From NCBI GenBank assembly GCA_004764695.1, contig SMSO01000008.1, positions 62,001-126,000 on the forward strand: 64,000 nucleotides of DNA, in the 5' to 3' direction. Below are positions 26,338-37,457 of this stretch, in pieces (positions within the stretch are counted from its first letter, which is position 1; each line of letters starts with the position of its first letter). The notes below the pieces were generated by a model, which saw only the letters and a list, made by a program, of their open reading frames with translations, had not been told where the DNA came from and did no database searches. Both the position numbers and the translations under genes were made by a program. This DNA comes from Schizochytrium sp. TIO01 (lineage: Eukaryota > Protista > Bigyra: Labyrinthulomycetes).

Positions 26338-26598
26338 TCTGCCTTTTGCGAGGATATACGATTAACGAGGAAGCAATTGAGGATGTGTAAAAATTCCCAC
26401 ACAAAAAAGGATGCCCTCCTGTGTTCGCTAAACGTTGCAAATTTTTTAGCTCAACTTAACAAGAGAAAGAAAAATTCTAGCAAATTATTTCTCGTTTAGC
26501 AGTCGGGAAACAAAAAATTGAATAAATAAATACAAGCACATACGAAAAAGCAAAAGCTAAAAGCAAAAAAAATCTAAAAGGGCAAGTGTGCTGCACCT

Positions 26599-27129
26599 AT
26601 GCAGGATATCGCTATTGATCGACTCCTTTCGCCGGTGACTCAGTTGCCTCGCCACCTGAGTTTTCTTCATGCATTTCTCATCATTTTGGGAGTGGCATTA
26701 ATTCTGATGGGTGCAATCAGACTCGCTACAAACACCAAGCCATGCGGAGGAGAGGCGGCCCGTGCTTATATTCAGAGAAGTCTTGAGAATTCCCGCGCAT
26801 CGGGCTCTTCTGCGCCCCGCATTGCCTCAGGCGTGACTTACACTGAGCGCGTGGCCACCGCTCGAGCCGCTGCAGACGCCGCAATCACCCCTCGCACAGT
26901 GGATGCTTCTTCAATGGCTCCTCAGTCTCTATCCTTTAACCCTACAGGAGCCGTGATTCTCGCAGATGCAGTCGCACCAGCTGTAGCCGCAGAGAGGTCC
27001 CGTAATCCTGATGAACGCACTTGTAAGGTAAACAAGTCTCTCAATGCTTTGTTTCTTGCTCTGGGTATATGTACAGTGCTAGCCGCAAGCATTGCAGGGC
27101 GTTACCTTTTCCCTAGGGATTACAACTGA
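26599..27129 (+). CDS. Hypothetical membrane protein with N- and C-terminal TM helices
   Basis: 176 aa; hydrophobic FLIILGVALILMGAI and LFLALGICTVLAASIAG, each flanked on the inner side by a Cys. Confidence 0.75.
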   Translation: MQDIAIDRLLSPVTQLPRHLSFLHAFLIILGVALILMGAIRLATNTKPCGGEAARAYIQRSLENSRASGSSAPRIASGVTYTERVATARAAADAAITPRTVDASSMAPQSLSFNPTGAVILADAVAPAVAAERSRNPDERTCKVNKSLNALFLALGICTVLAASIAGRYLFPRDYN

Positions 27130-27385
27130 TCATAGTATTGTTGGTGTTGTTGTTGTTATTGATGGATAAGAAAAGGGGAAATAAATGTACAGCAAGAAGA
27201 AGGAAAAAAATAAAAACCAAAAGGTCAAAACAAAAACAAAAACACATAAATGAAAATATAAATTGCGTTTATTACTTTTAGAATAAACAACACACGCAAC
27301 AGTAAAAGGGATACATACATACAGTTTTTTTCGCAACTGTGCTGCATCCTTCAAAAGTAGTAATTTACAAAAACTTCAATCCAGC

Positions 27386-28441
27386 ATGGCTGTAGGCGAA
27401 GGCTTCTTCGTAAGCGGATTCATATTTTTGGTCGCTGGAATTTCCTTATGCGGGGCTAGTGCCTCTGCAGGTTTCACAAAAACTGTCATTAATACTGCGG
27501 GAAGCAATGGTAGTTCCACTGCGACGACTGTAGCAGCAACACAGTCGGGCGGAAGTGATACGAATACTACTGTAACTTCGAGCGGCACCAATAGCACAGT
27601 CTCTGCAACGGCAACAGCAACAGCAACAGCAACGGCAACAGCAAGCTCCTCTGCTCCGAGCACCGCTGCTCCTACCGCAGCTGCTTCGCCTGATTGTGTT
27701 GCACAGTCAAGCTCAGTTTCCATTTGTACAACTGCATGGTATCGATTGATTGACAAGACTTACTACGATAATGGTAAGACTAACTACTATCTCGGTACCG
27801 ACTCCCTCCTTAATAACAATTATTATCCCGTGGGAACATTTCCTGCTGACCCTGATAATCCTCGAGATGATATGCAATGGAGCTTCAAGAAAAACTCATT
27901 GAATAGCACCAACATCTTTACAATTATGAACAAAGCCAATGCAGCGATGATATATGTAACGGAAGCCTACGAATCTGTAGAAGCGATGACCACTGCATCA
28001 ACTCCCATCGAGCTCAAACTGGTGAAAGCTGGACCAGGAAACGGCAGTTCAATCATAGGCACGTTTGAGCTCTATAACACTAACACAAATTACCTCATTT
28101 ACCGGACCCCTGCTGCCAACGATGGTCTAGTTTCGTGCTACAACGGCAACACTCCCAAGTACTCATCGGTGAATTCACAGTACTACATCGAGCACATTTC
28201 AGGTCCTTCGAGAGCATCTGGTACTGGAACATCTGGAACAACGAAAGAGATCAACGCGCATGCAATCACCCTTCTCATCGTAGGTCTGCTGTTCCTGATT
28301 TCGGGTGTGAGTCTCTTTGGCGTGGGAATTAAGCACAGGCGCGCGGCGAAGCGGGAGCGCACAGGCGGGTTACTTGCCCCTCAGGAGGGGCCGGAGCAGA
28401 TCGCACAGGTGCCAACACCCGTTGGCGAGGAGGAGAATTGA
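27386..28441 (+). CDS. Double-anchored membrane protein with S/T-rich stalk and beta-rich (possibly beta-trefoil) domain; paralog of 55484..56575
   Basis: N-terminal TM, TATATAT stalk, SPDC.....S.CTTA.YRL.D.TY, YIEHISG..RA, then C-terminal TM and basic tail. Confidence 0.85.
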   Translation: MAVGEGFFVSGFIFLVAGISLCGASASAGFTKTVINTAGSNGSSTATTVAATQSGGSDTNTTVTSSGTNSTVSATATATATATATASSSAPSTAAPTAAASPDCVAQSSSVSICTTAWYRLIDKTYYDNGKTNYYLGTDSLLNNNYYPVGTFPADPDNPRDDMQWSFKKNSLNSTNIFTIMNKANAAMIYVTEAYESVEAMTTASTPIELKLVKAGPGNGSSIIGTFELYNTNTNYLIYRTPAANDGLVSCYNGNTPKYSSVNSQYYIEHISGPSRASGTGTSGTTKEINAHAITLLIVGLLFLISGVSLFGVGIKHRRAAKRERTGGLLAPQEGPEQIAQVPTPVGEEEN

Positions 28442-28750
28442 TTGATTGACAATCCAGCATCCAAGGAAGGAGGATGGCCAGCCCCGCTGCCACTTCGACT
28501 TACGAGTCTCTGCACCAGAGGTTGCTCGAAATCGGGATGAGGCGCTCTTTGCCACCCTCTGCCGCGACACCTGGGACGCGCGAAAGCAGCGCACGGAAGC
28601 GAAAGCGGGCACCCAGCCCGGCCGGAACCATCGTCTCACAGACAGTCAGTAGAGCTATTTCTTCTTCTTCTTCTTCTTGTTCTTCTTGTTCCTCTTCCTC
28701 TCTTTCAACGAGAAGAACGGGAGAGTGGAACAGGTTCAACGAGAGAAAGG

Positions 28751-28882
28751 GAACATTCAGAACGTGAAGAACTCCTTTCAGGGCCCGAGAATTCAGAAGA
28801 TGAACTTTCGGAACATGAGGAACTCCATTCCGGACCTGAGAATTCAGAAGATGAACATTCAGAACATTCAGAACATTCGGAA
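28751..28882 (+). repeat. Coding tandem repeat (51-bp unit twice, plus 9-bp gaacattca units)
   Basis: gagaattcagaagatgaac occurs twice; gaacattca units follow. Confidence 0.85.
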
Positions 28883-30023
28883 TCCCTTTCTAGAGAGAAT
28901 AGAGGAGACCTAACGACCGGGCAGGTAGGCAATTCGGTAGATAGTCCTATAACACAGAGGGGCGTGGAAAAAAATCAACGAAGCCGGAGGCGTCGTAGAG
29001 TGGTAGATTTAAATGCAGTATTGGCAAAAGCCATTGCGCTGCCGGCAGAAGCAGATCGTGCGTGCGCAGAGGCACAGCCGCCGCTGGTGAGGCGCTTGCA
29101 CGTCGAGGTTCTTAGTGTGATCTGGAGATGCCCTGATTTATGGGATCCTCTCTACGGGCTTCCCCTCCTGCGCGCTTTTGCAAAGTATGAAGGTTTCACA
29201 GAGGAAGAAGTAGCCATGCTGTGCGATGAGGAGCTGAAGGCGGCGCTGGCGTGCTACGGAGACGGCGCCACGTTTCATTGTTCGTATTCCGAGCTCGAAA
29301 AGTTTCTTCCTAAGGACCGCCACTCTCCTGAAGAGTACAGGGATTGCACTGACGCGAGGGTGTGCAAGGCGTGGATGCAAGAAGTCGATCCCGAATTGGA
29401 CAATTTTGGCGCTTATCGCATTTACGCCTTTGGATACTTTTGGGAGGTGGACAGGCAGAAGAAGTTCGAGTGGCTGCGACGCCACTTCGATCCTACTCGT
29501 GCTGCATCAGGCGGTAGACGGACGAATTCGTTCGCCAGTGGATTTTGCGCTGATTTCCGCGAGACCTTTGTTAAAGTGGAGGAAACCGACCTGTGCCCAC
29601 TCTGCCCCGGCGCCATCCTCTCGACTCTTTTCCGCCTCAGGCTCCTTCCGTTCGAGCTGCCCCTAGGGATTATCAAATCTAAACGGAACCCAATGATAGC
29701 TTTCAAGGAGAGATTTACTCCTGATGAGTCGCACGACTTGATTGAGTTGCACGGCGTCGATTTTGTGCTCGATCGCTACGCTCAAGTTCTTGGCAATATA
29801 GCAAATTTCGATGAGAATTTGAACAACCTCGACCTTCAACTGCTAGGAGTCTACGCTATGATAAAAGAAAGTATTGAGCCGCACGCTTACACCCAGGACG
29901 AAAAGAGGGGGCTGCTCACTGCCCGGCTCTCTCAGCCAGACTATTTTAACTCGATTGGTTCGCCCTTCCATGGTGTGTTCTATCATGCGTTTCTAGCTGC
30001 TCTGAAGGGCTGGCTGTTTAATA

Positions 30024-30079
30024 AAACAAACAAACAAACAAACAAACAAACAAACAAACAAACAAACAAACAAACAAAC
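30024..30079. repeat. (AAAC)n microsatellite
   Basis: Seen directly. Confidence 0.95.
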
Positions 30080-30185
30080 CACACAACAAAATGAAAGGTA
30101 AATTGAAAAAAAGGATCTACACAGAACAGACAAAAACACACATTGCTCGCGCTGTTATGATTCTTTTTTAAAGATTCTAGTTAGA

Positions 30186-31076
30186 TCAAATGAATTCGAC
30201 TTTAACTCCTGGCGCTCTTGCTACTGCTGTTGCTTCTTCTTCTTCTTCTTCTTGTTGCTCGTTTGCGGTGCTGCTGGGATCTGGCAGTCCCTCCGGTAGG
30301 GTTCCAGTGCCGAGATCCGTCACTGTGTGGATACCTCTAGCACGCAGCCATTGCGCGGCTCTTTTCGCATCGCCCTGGAAGGCGCTTAGTACTTTGTAAG
30401 TTTTACTGCGACGATCGTGGGTCTGCATAAGAGTCTTGTGTTGCGAAGTAAAGGCACTGTAATAACCTTCTTTGCCCTTTGCGCTGGTGGCACTGGCGCT
30501 GCTACGCGTCTTGTTCTTTGCGATGCGAGTTTCTGTAATCACAGAGGAATCGTGCGTTTGCCACTCACACATCGGAGGGACTCCTTCCACAAGTCTTTCA
30601 GTCCAATGCCTCTGCGCCTCTGTAAGTTTCAAGTGAAAGGGACCAGATCGAGAGAACTGTGCGAGACGCAATAACTTTTTGATAATTTTTGCTCCTTCTT
30701 CTCCATTAAAGGAAGACGGTAAACCAAAGAGATCAGACCAGCACGTGCGCTGTGCTTGAAGAGGTGCGGCTTGAGGACTGCGACTAACTCTATTTCTCCT
30801 TGCAGAAGAAGACGGTCGTCTTTTTTGCTGTTGTTGCTTTTGTCTGCGCCGCACGGACCGAGGGGTCTGCAAAGAGTTTTCCTTGTCTGGTGCTTTCTCA
30901 AAGACTTCCGCATAAGAGTTACTGCGGCGTCTTGGTTCTTCCTCCTCCTGCTTCCATTGATTCTTCTTCTCGATGGGTATTCGGAACTCTTCTTCTTCTT
31001 CTTCTTCTTCTTCTTCGCTCCATACAGTCCATTTAGTTCCTTTAGGCGTTTCAACCGAGTGGTGGTCCACCCCCAA
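30186..31076 (-). CDS. Hypothetical low-complexity protein; true start unclear
   Basis: 296-aa open frame with poly-E tracts; called from a TTG that overlaps the upstream ORF at a G5 run. Confidence 0.55.
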   Translation of the reverse strand: MGVDHHSVETPKGTKWTVWSEEEEEEEEEEFRIPIEKKNQWKQEEEEPRRRSNSYAEVFEKAPDKENSLQTPRSVRRRQKQQQQKRRPSSSARRNRVSRSPQAAPLQAQRTCWSDLFGLPSSFNGEEGAKIIKKLLRLAQFSRSGPFHLKLTEAQRHWTERLVEGVPPMCEWQTHDSSVITETRIAKNKTRSSASATSAKGKEGYYSAFTSQHKTLMQTHDRRSKTYKVLSAFQGDAKRAAQWLRARGIHTVTDLGTGTLPEGLPDPSSTANEQQEEEEEEATAVARAPGVKVEFI

Positions 31077-31522
31077 GCAAGACGCCAGTTGTTACAAGTG
31101 CTATTCCTGCGCCCTCTCCTCCCTTGCTGCCTACCTGATTGTTGGCGGCTCTTGAAATAGAGGCGGCCCTGCCTGGAGAAAGGGCATTTGGGTCATCCAG
31201 GATCCTTTCTAAGCCAGTCACTCCTTCACCTTCTGCTACCAGATCTATGTAACTCTGCACAGTCGTGTCGTTCGAGGTATCCTGCAATGCATTGTAAATA
31301 AAAGTAGCGTTCTGGATTGCAAGGGGTCTTGTGGAGTTAGCAATGAGCGTCTGGAGCTTGGTGATTGTGTAAATATAATCGGTCTGATCAGCCCAGAAGA
31401 TTGGTTGGTCATCTCCGTAATCAGTATTAGCAGGCCAAGGCCACGCTGTTGTTGAAGTTGCCGCCGCCCCGGTTGTTGTTTGTGTTGCTTCAGCAGTTGT
31501 AGCCGCTGTAGTGCTGGACATT
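31051..31522 (-). CDS. Hypothetical T-rich protein; C-terminal hydrophobic segment possibly cut by a frameshift
   Basis: MSSTTAATT... start after an A-rich leader; ends GIALVTTGVLLG at a G homopolymer. Confidence 0.65.
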
Positions 31523-31640
31523 ATAATGTTCCTTCTTTTTTTCTTGTTCTCTCTAGAAAGGATACGAAAAAAAGTTACCAAGAGATCAATCAATATATAC
31601 TATCTCCCCTTTAAAGTTAAGGTTCCTGGAAAGGAAGACA

Positions 31641-33647
31641 TTGATTACTGCAGTCAGCCGCATAAACCCACAAAAGGAAAAAACTAACCAAATTGTAATG
31701 ATGATTAGCCCCGAGCAGAAATTAAGGTTGGGTATTGTGATTTTGGTCATTGGTATCTTGGTGGTTCTCTCGCTGACTTCTTCCGGTGCCTCAATGATTT
31801 CTCGTGCTAATTCTTACCTCGATGCGAACGACATTGGTTACCAGACAGAAAATGATGACAATCCTGATGCAGAAAATGATGATGATGGGGATACAAGTAC
31901 CTCCACGACTTCTGCGGAAGGTGGTGATACTGGAAGCACAACGGCTTCTTCCAGTGGGACCGGTTCTTCGGAGACAACCTATGATCCTAATCTAAGGGCG
32001 CGCCCCACGACAGAAAATGTGGTGCGCCCGACGGATGATAACATTTGGGGAGGTATGAAATTAGATAGCATGCCACAGGATAAAGACATTTCCGGGGGTC
32101 CTACAGTGAACGGCGCTCTTACTGCAAATGTGGGAGAGTTCATGGGTGTGCGCAGCAAGGGAGCAGAACCCTTTTTTCCTGATTGGGAGTTTGGATGGTA
32201 CCTAAACGAAGGCCAAGTTTCCATTGATCGCGCAAACGCCAAGACCTTTCGTATCAATATCTTCTGTGCCAGTTATAATGACGACAAGTTCCCTATCCCC
32301 ACTGACGAATTCAAAGCGGCTTATTTGAACTTCTGGAAAGTCGCAGGTGCTGGTTTTATCACCCCTGAATGGGGCAAGCTAGATGTTTTTGATTTTGATT
32401 CCAGCCACCCTGCTGATCACCACGATTCTGCTTCGAAGATCATCAGTGCGGTAGCGAAAAAGTATCCTGACTGGTGGCCGCAGGTCAAGGCAAAGACGCT
32501 TCCCGAGGAGGCCTGCTTGATCATGATGGGCTACCGTAAGTACGGCTCTGGAGGGCAGTACCTTGGCGTTTATTCAAGAGTGAAGGGACCTATCGATTCC
32601 ACTTCTCTGCACGAGCTGGGCCACCGCTCAGGCGGTCACTCTTACATGCTTGGATGGGACACCAAGAAGAAGATCTATACAATGCCTGGTACTCTTTCGA
32701 ATGACGGCATGTGCATGATGAGCTACACGACGCGCTACATGGACCTCTACGCTCCTCCTTGGTATCACCGCAACGGCTGGTTCAGAGCAGAGCCTGGGTC
32801 TTATCGTTACATTCAGAACGGCGCGACGTACAAGATGAATATGTTTCACCAGTGGAAGGCCGATGGGCGCGTGCACTGCTTGGTGGCTCTAAGCCCGTTC
32901 ACTGGGGAGTATGTGTTTTACAAGATTAGTATGATTGGCTGGTCCAAGCCAGGCATTGAGACAACTTTATGGCTGACTGGCCGGACCAAGAATGGCAAAA
33001 CTCGCATTCCAACTGCGGATATTCCTGACATTGAGACGAATAATCTTATGAAAGGTTCTAACAACGATGGTTTCATTCGCTGGGTGGCCTACCCGGCCGC
33101 TTGGGTCTCGACGGGTGGCAATGATATGGAGCTCCGTGCCTGCCGCGACCCAATTACAGGCGGAGGAGAGGACTGGATAGATCCTAACACTGGCCTGCGC
33201 TTTGTGGTGAGCAATGTCGTGAAGGACTGGGAGAATTACCAGTGCGACGTGACAGTAACCTACGATGCTTCTTACTTGAAGCGTACCCTGCCTCCTCAGA
33301 TTACCAAGATCGCGACTGGAGTTTACAAGCACCAGAAGGGCAGTGATTTGTATGACGACAGCAAGGGTTCTGTAACGGATAACAGTTCCACTTTGCTCAT
33401 TGTTACCTTCAAAAATCCCAATCCAGGCAGCACGCGCCCATTCATTTGCAATGCCAAGAGCTGCTTTACACAAGGAGGAATGGGCTTAGGAGGGCCAAAC
33501 AACCAGAAATGCATCTTGCTTGGAGGGACTTCACAGGATTTCTACTTCCAGGCAAAGAAAGGAACCTTGGCAGGCAAAGAAGACGTTGCTGTTATTTGTC
33601 TAGGTGAGACCTATACTCGCAAAATCAAGTTCACACACCACAAGTAA
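31641..33647 (+). CDS. Membrane-anchored zinc metallopeptidase, metzincin/M11 (gametolysin)-like
   Basis: N-terminal TM, acidic S/T linker, LHELGHRSGGHS zinc motif, DGMCMMSY Met-turn, YAPPWYHRNGW. Likely start is the ATG at 31698. Confidence 0.7.
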   Translation: MITAVSRINPQKEKTNQIVMMISPEQKLRLGIVILVIGILVVLSLTSSGASMISRANSYLDANDIGYQTENDDNPDAENDDDGDTSTSTTSAEGGDTGSTTASSSGTGSSETTYDPNLRARPTTENVVRPTDDNIWGGMKLDSMPQDKDISGGPTVNGALTANVGEFMGVRSKGAEPFFPDWEFGWYLNEGQVSIDRANAKTFRINIFCASYNDDKFPIPTDEFKAAYLNFWKVAGAGFITPEWGKLDVFDFDSSHPADHHDSASKIISAVAKKYPDWWPQVKAKTLPEEACLIMMGYRKYGSGGQYLGVYSRVKGPIDSTSLHELGHRSGGHSYMLGWDTKKKIYTMPGTLSNDGMCMMSYTTRYMDLYAPPWYHRNGWFRAEPGSYRYIQNGATYKMNMFHQWKADGRVHCLVALSPFTGEYVFYKISMIGWSKPGIETTLWLTGRTKNGKTRIPTADIPDIETNNLMKGSNNDGFIRWVAYPAAWVSTGGNDMELRACRDPITGGGEDWIDPNTGLRFVVSNVVKDWENYQCDVTVTYDASYLKRTLPPQITKIATGVYKHQKGSDLYDDSKGSVTDNSSTLLIVTFKNPNPGSTRPFICNAKSCFTQGGMGLGGPNNQKCILLGGTSQDFYFQAKKGTLAGKEDVAVICLGETYTRKIKFTHHK

Positions 33648-33778
33648 TCAAAGTGAGTCAAAGAAAAAGAAAAAGAAAAAGGGAAACATGATTTAGACAT
33701 AAGCAATAAACACCAAAAAACCATTCATTCATTCATTCATTCTCCTTAACCACTGGATGGCCCTCTTGAACTGATTAT

Positions 33779-35119
33779 TTATCCTCTTCTGCTTCGCGCA
33801 TCTTTCCAGTGGGATTCTGTTTCGGTTGCTTTCCATTGGAGGTTCTCGTAGAACAGGTCTTGATCCTTCACAAACACGAAGGTGAAGAAATCGGTGAAAC
33901 CATCAACCCTTTTCTCGATTTTGGTACCCTCTTTCATGTAAAAGGCAACCGTTTCGCAATCAATGGGTTCAAACCCAGTGATTTTGACCCAAGTTCTCAC
34001 TCGACTTTCCCCAGTACGGTCAGTAGCAGTAACGTTCTCATTGGGACTGTAGTCGTGCGCAGGCTCGATCATGATCTGAGGAAACCTATCTTTGCCATAC
34101 CCGTACTGGTTACGTCGACCGTCGAACATGCGATGCATCGCCGCCGACAAGGCTAAGCGATTATTGTCGTCGTCCTGGACGCCCGCAGCATCCACAGCCG
34201 TCTTGTGAACTAGGTGTGCACAATCCGCCACCCCCTTTCGAAGAAAGAATGGGGCCTCAATCGACTGGAACATGGCTAAGTCCGAATCAGGTTCCACAGT
34301 GGTGTACACTGTGCTATCGCTGTCACCACAACGCGCAGAGCCTGGCTCATCATCCGAACGATAGTCCGTGTTGTAAATGTTCTGGGTATTGTCGACATAA
34401 ACGATTTCAGGGGAAGAGAGATCAATGTTGTCATTATTGTATCCGAGATTATTCGACAAGATCTCGTTGCAAAACATAGCAGCATCTCGAGAGCTAGAGA
34501 AGATAATCTCGAAGGTCAAGTCCATGGGTGGGTTGTCTCCTTCGTAACGAATAGCTCTTCTATGCGTTGGAACGTCCGTATCTTCGATTACCTCCGCAGA
34601 CCCAGCGTTGTTGGCTGCCGTCAAGTACACGAAGCGACGCAAGCCTTTGGCATTCTTACTATCTTTGAGGGTACCACAAACCTTGAAACGCCTGTTTTCA
34701 ATCTTTCTCGACCTTACCTCGGCCAGGACACCCCGCTGCGCCCCCCTTTCACTTACACTGCTACCTTTTTCGTAGCGCAGTGCGTCCATGTTCCGACTAA
34801 GCCTATCGCGCTCCCGTTCAAGGGAATCGTAATACGCCGTTGCCGACCCATATTTTTTCTTTAGGAAAGCACTGAGGTCGTCGAAGGAAGCCCCGTCCGT
34901 TTCTTCCAAACGCTCTATCTTGGCCTCTACGTCAGCGATACGTGCCTCGATGCTCTCGATCTTTTCTTCAAGCCGATGTACATCTTGATCCAATGCCTCT
35001 AGTTTAGCCAACTCGAGGGCTTCGTCCCCTTCCTCAACTGTTGACAATCGTTTGCGGTCATCGCCGCCCCCGCCACCGCCGCGGGTTTGGTTTCCTTTAC
35101 GACGGATGAAGGAAGCCAT
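33779..35119 (-). CDS. Crinkler-like HNH nuclease effector with coiled-coil header
   Basis: ATG at 35119 (MASFIRRKG). C-terminus FQSIE...DCAHLV...DDNNRLALSAAMHRMFDG...TFVFVKD...F...LQWK matches recalled oomycete CRN C-terminal HNH motifs (YQRIE, ESCHLV, NNRLALSR.MH..YDG, TFVHVxD...WKH). Confidence 0.8.
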   Translation of the reverse strand: MASFIRRKGNQTRGGGGGGDDRKRLSTVEEGDEALELAKLEALDQDVHRLEEKIESIEARIADVEAKIERLEETDGASFDDLSAFLKKKYGSATAYYDSLERERDRLSRNMDALRYEKGSSVSERGAQRGVLAEVRSRKIENRRFKVCGTLKDSKNAKGLRRFVYLTAANNAGSAEVIEDTDVPTHRRAIRYEGDNPPMDLTFEIIFSSSRDAAMFCNEILSNNLGYNNDNIDLSSPEIVYVDNTQNIYNTDYRSDDEPGSARCGDSDSTVYTTVEPDSDLAMFQSIEAPFFLRKGVADCAHLVHKTAVDAAGVQDDDNNRLALSAAMHRMFDGRRNQYGYGKDRFPQIMIEPAHDYSPNENVTATDRTGESRVRTWVKITGFEPIDCETVAFYMKEGTKIEKRVDGFTDFFTFVFVKDQDLFYENLQWKATETESHWKDARSRRG

Positions 35120-35453
35120 TTTCTTTCGCTCGGATGGACTGTTGCTCTGCTGCACCTGCTGCACTTGCTTCAAGTCACGCCGGCCTGGTGATACGGAACT
35201 GCCTGAGTCGGGTGCACGGCAGCGGTTCTACATTCATTAGGTTAGATTAGGTGAAGGGTAGAGCTTAGGTAAAACAGACTAAATTTTTAAACTGAGTGCA
35301 GCCCTGGCGTAGAAATAGCGGCGGCACAAGACGCACGGTACTGCACAGGGGCACAGCTGGTTCTGCCCGCCCGGTCCCTCGCCCTTGCATCCGCCCGTCG
35401 GTTGTCTCTCCATCTCTGTGTTACGAAGAGAAGAGAGGAAAAGAGAGGGGAAG

Positions 35454-36755
35454 ATGGAGGATCAATCATTCACAGCCCAGAATCACGCAGTCGGTCCTAG
35501 CTTTTCTCCGCAGTCGCTCTCACCTCAACAAAGAAGAAGTGGCAGCAGCAGCAGCAGCAGTCGCGCAGACTCGGCGGCGGTGGTCCCACTCTGGGAGCTA
35601 AGGCAGAGATATCACGACGATGACAGGGAGATACTCAAAGAGTTGTTAGAGAAGTTCAATCGAAAAACCACCCCCAAAGGAACCTCGCCTTCAAAGAAAA
35701 CACCCTGGGAGCGCGTGGAATATTTCGTCATCCTGTTAGGCGACCCGCGCTTCATTGATCTTTTTAAACGCCTTAAGCGGGAGGAGTTGAAGAACTCAAG
35801 GGGAGGCCGTAATCGGTGCTATGATAGCTTTTCAAAGTTGTTGAACCGAAGCAGCTTTTCTAAATCGCAGAAAGCTCGCAGCGAGCAGCGCGCTTCAGCG
35901 CTTTCGTACAAACCGAAGCCCTTTACCAAGGAAGAAGAGAGTGCTCTGTTGTCGATTATGCGAGAAGAGGTGCCGCGTAATGCAGAGCGGTATTATATAC
36001 AAAGAAGCCAAGATCGCTGTATTGCTTGGACAGAGGTTTCAAAGCGCTTCGATGAGATCACAGGCAGCTGCGATCGGCCCGAGAGTTCACTCCAAACCAA
36101 GTGGAATACTGCACTGCGATGGAAATTTAGCGAAGACCTGAAATTGGGGGAGCTTGTACGCAAGCACACCAAAGCAAGCGAAGGCCAGGCCTACAGAAAT
36201 TACATAATTCTTTCTGAAGTGGATTGGGGCAAAGTTCTTAGAGATTTTAAGGATGATTCATTGAATCCTACAATTGTCAAAAGGCGCGCTGTTCGCCTTG
36301 GTTTGGTGCGTAAGAAGGAGGCAAGTAAAAGTCTGGGCAGGCCCCGCGTGCGACCGAAGCCTGTTGCGATTTATTCTGATCGCCTGAGTGCCTCGGGATT
36401 GAGCGACATTCGCCTGAAGAATCGTTATTCGAAGGTGGAGTACGCAAGGATCTTTGAGGGCAATGCATACAGTTTCATTTTCGACTTGCATTCCCGTCAG
36501 GATTCGACGAACCCTTGTTACGACATGCTAGCGCCTGTGTTCAAGCTTTTCAAGACTGAATTAGAGCCTAAGAGGGAACCGATAGATCCGCAAGACACTG
36601 CATTTCTTGTCACTCTTCATTTAAGTGAATGGAAGGCTGTAAAAGTTTGCCTGGAGAACTATGTTTTCAAAGCGGAGCGCTATAGAAAGCTCTTTAAACG
36701 ATGCCTCATTAATTGGCTCTTTCCTGGTTCAAGGCCGCCTTTGCAAACGGCTTAA
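35454..36755 (+). CDS. Myb/SANT-like DNA-binding protein
   Basis: PFTKEEESALL...AWTEVSKRF...RPESSLQTKWN fits Myb/SANT spacing, with a possible second degenerate repeat (VDWGKV). First ATG at 35454. Confidence 0.7.
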   Translation: MEDQSFTAQNHAVGPSFSPQSLSPQQRRSGSSSSSSRADSAAVVPLWELRQRYHDDDREILKELLEKFNRKTTPKGTSPSKKTPWERVEYFVILLGDPRFIDLFKRLKREELKNSRGGRNRCYDSFSKLLNRSSFSKSQKARSEQRASALSYKPKPFTKEEESALLSIMREEVPRNAERYYIQRSQDRCIAWTEVSKRFDEITGSCDRPESSLQTKWNTALRWKFSEDLKLGELVRKHTKASEGQAYRNYIILSEVDWGKVLRDFKDDSLNPTIVKRRAVRLGLVRKKEASKSLGRPRVRPKPVAIYSDRLSASGLSDIRLKNRYSKVEYARIFEGNAYSFIFDLHSRQDSTNPCYDMLAPVFKLFKTELEPKREPIDPQDTAFLVTLHLSEWKAVKVCLENYVFKAERYRKLFKRCLINWLFPGSRPPLQTA

Positions 36756-36876
36756 TTGTATAATTGATTGATAGTTTTTTTTGTTTTTCTTGCTGTTCTT
36801 TATTTACGTTGAAAACAAATGAACTTTATATACAAACAAAGGGTTTTTTAATAGACCCCTTTCATTCTGAACGAAA

Positions 36877-36936
36877 GAAAGAAAGAACTAAGAGAATGTG
36901 AATGAAAGAAAGAACTAAAAGAATGTGAATGAAAGA
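36877..36936. repeat. 27-bp tandem repeat, about 2.2 copies
   Basis: gaaagaaagaactaaRagaatgtgaat twice. Confidence 0.85.
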
Positions 36937-37457
36937 TCTTAAGAGGTCTATTATTTTTTTGCAACCGCCGTTTTGGGATTCTCGCACGAAGCGAACGCGA
37001 CAAAGCAAAACCGCAATCAACCAAGGAAAGATCTGGAGCAGCACTTCGGTTCGCAAGCGCGCGCAAGAGCAGGGTAAGAGGAACGTCTTCGGTGCAGCAG
37101 CAGCAGTGAGCGTTAAGCATGACTGGGTTGGACTCAACTAAGCGCGGCGGCCAAGCCAGTGCGGAGTACGAGGAAGCGAAGGAGGAGGAGGAGGAGGAAG
37201 AGGCCATGTCTCATCACTCGTTCACTTCAACAGACGAAGAAGACTCTGCAAATCTCCACCATTGACGTCTTATCAGTGATCAGGATCAGACCAGAGGGAA
37301 ACAAGAACTGGGAATGGTGGAGAGAGGGGGATTCAAGGAAAGGGACAATTCTCGTTTCGAAAAAGAAAGTGCCCTCGAAAACAATAAAGTCGAGAGAAAG
37401 AAAATTTGCGGTCGGCCATCTTAGATGTCACGTCTGAAAAGATTTACTTTTGTCATT

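Larger units (their letters stand above)
28474..30094 (+). pseudogene. Hypothetical protein split by a frameshift (NLS-like N-terminus, acidic repeats, globular C-terminal domain)
   Basis: The frame of ORF 28964..30094 is open from 28541 with no ATG and encodes acidic repeats (EELxSGPENSEDE twice). The ATG ORF at 28474 (RKRKR) is in another frame. The 3' end reads into an (AAAC)n tract. Confidence 0.6.

Noticed and set aside
35153-35169. 17-bp inverted match to the EQVQQV codons of the 51472 gene
   Set aside because: Low complexity, no extension, and within chance expectation for a 64-kb window.
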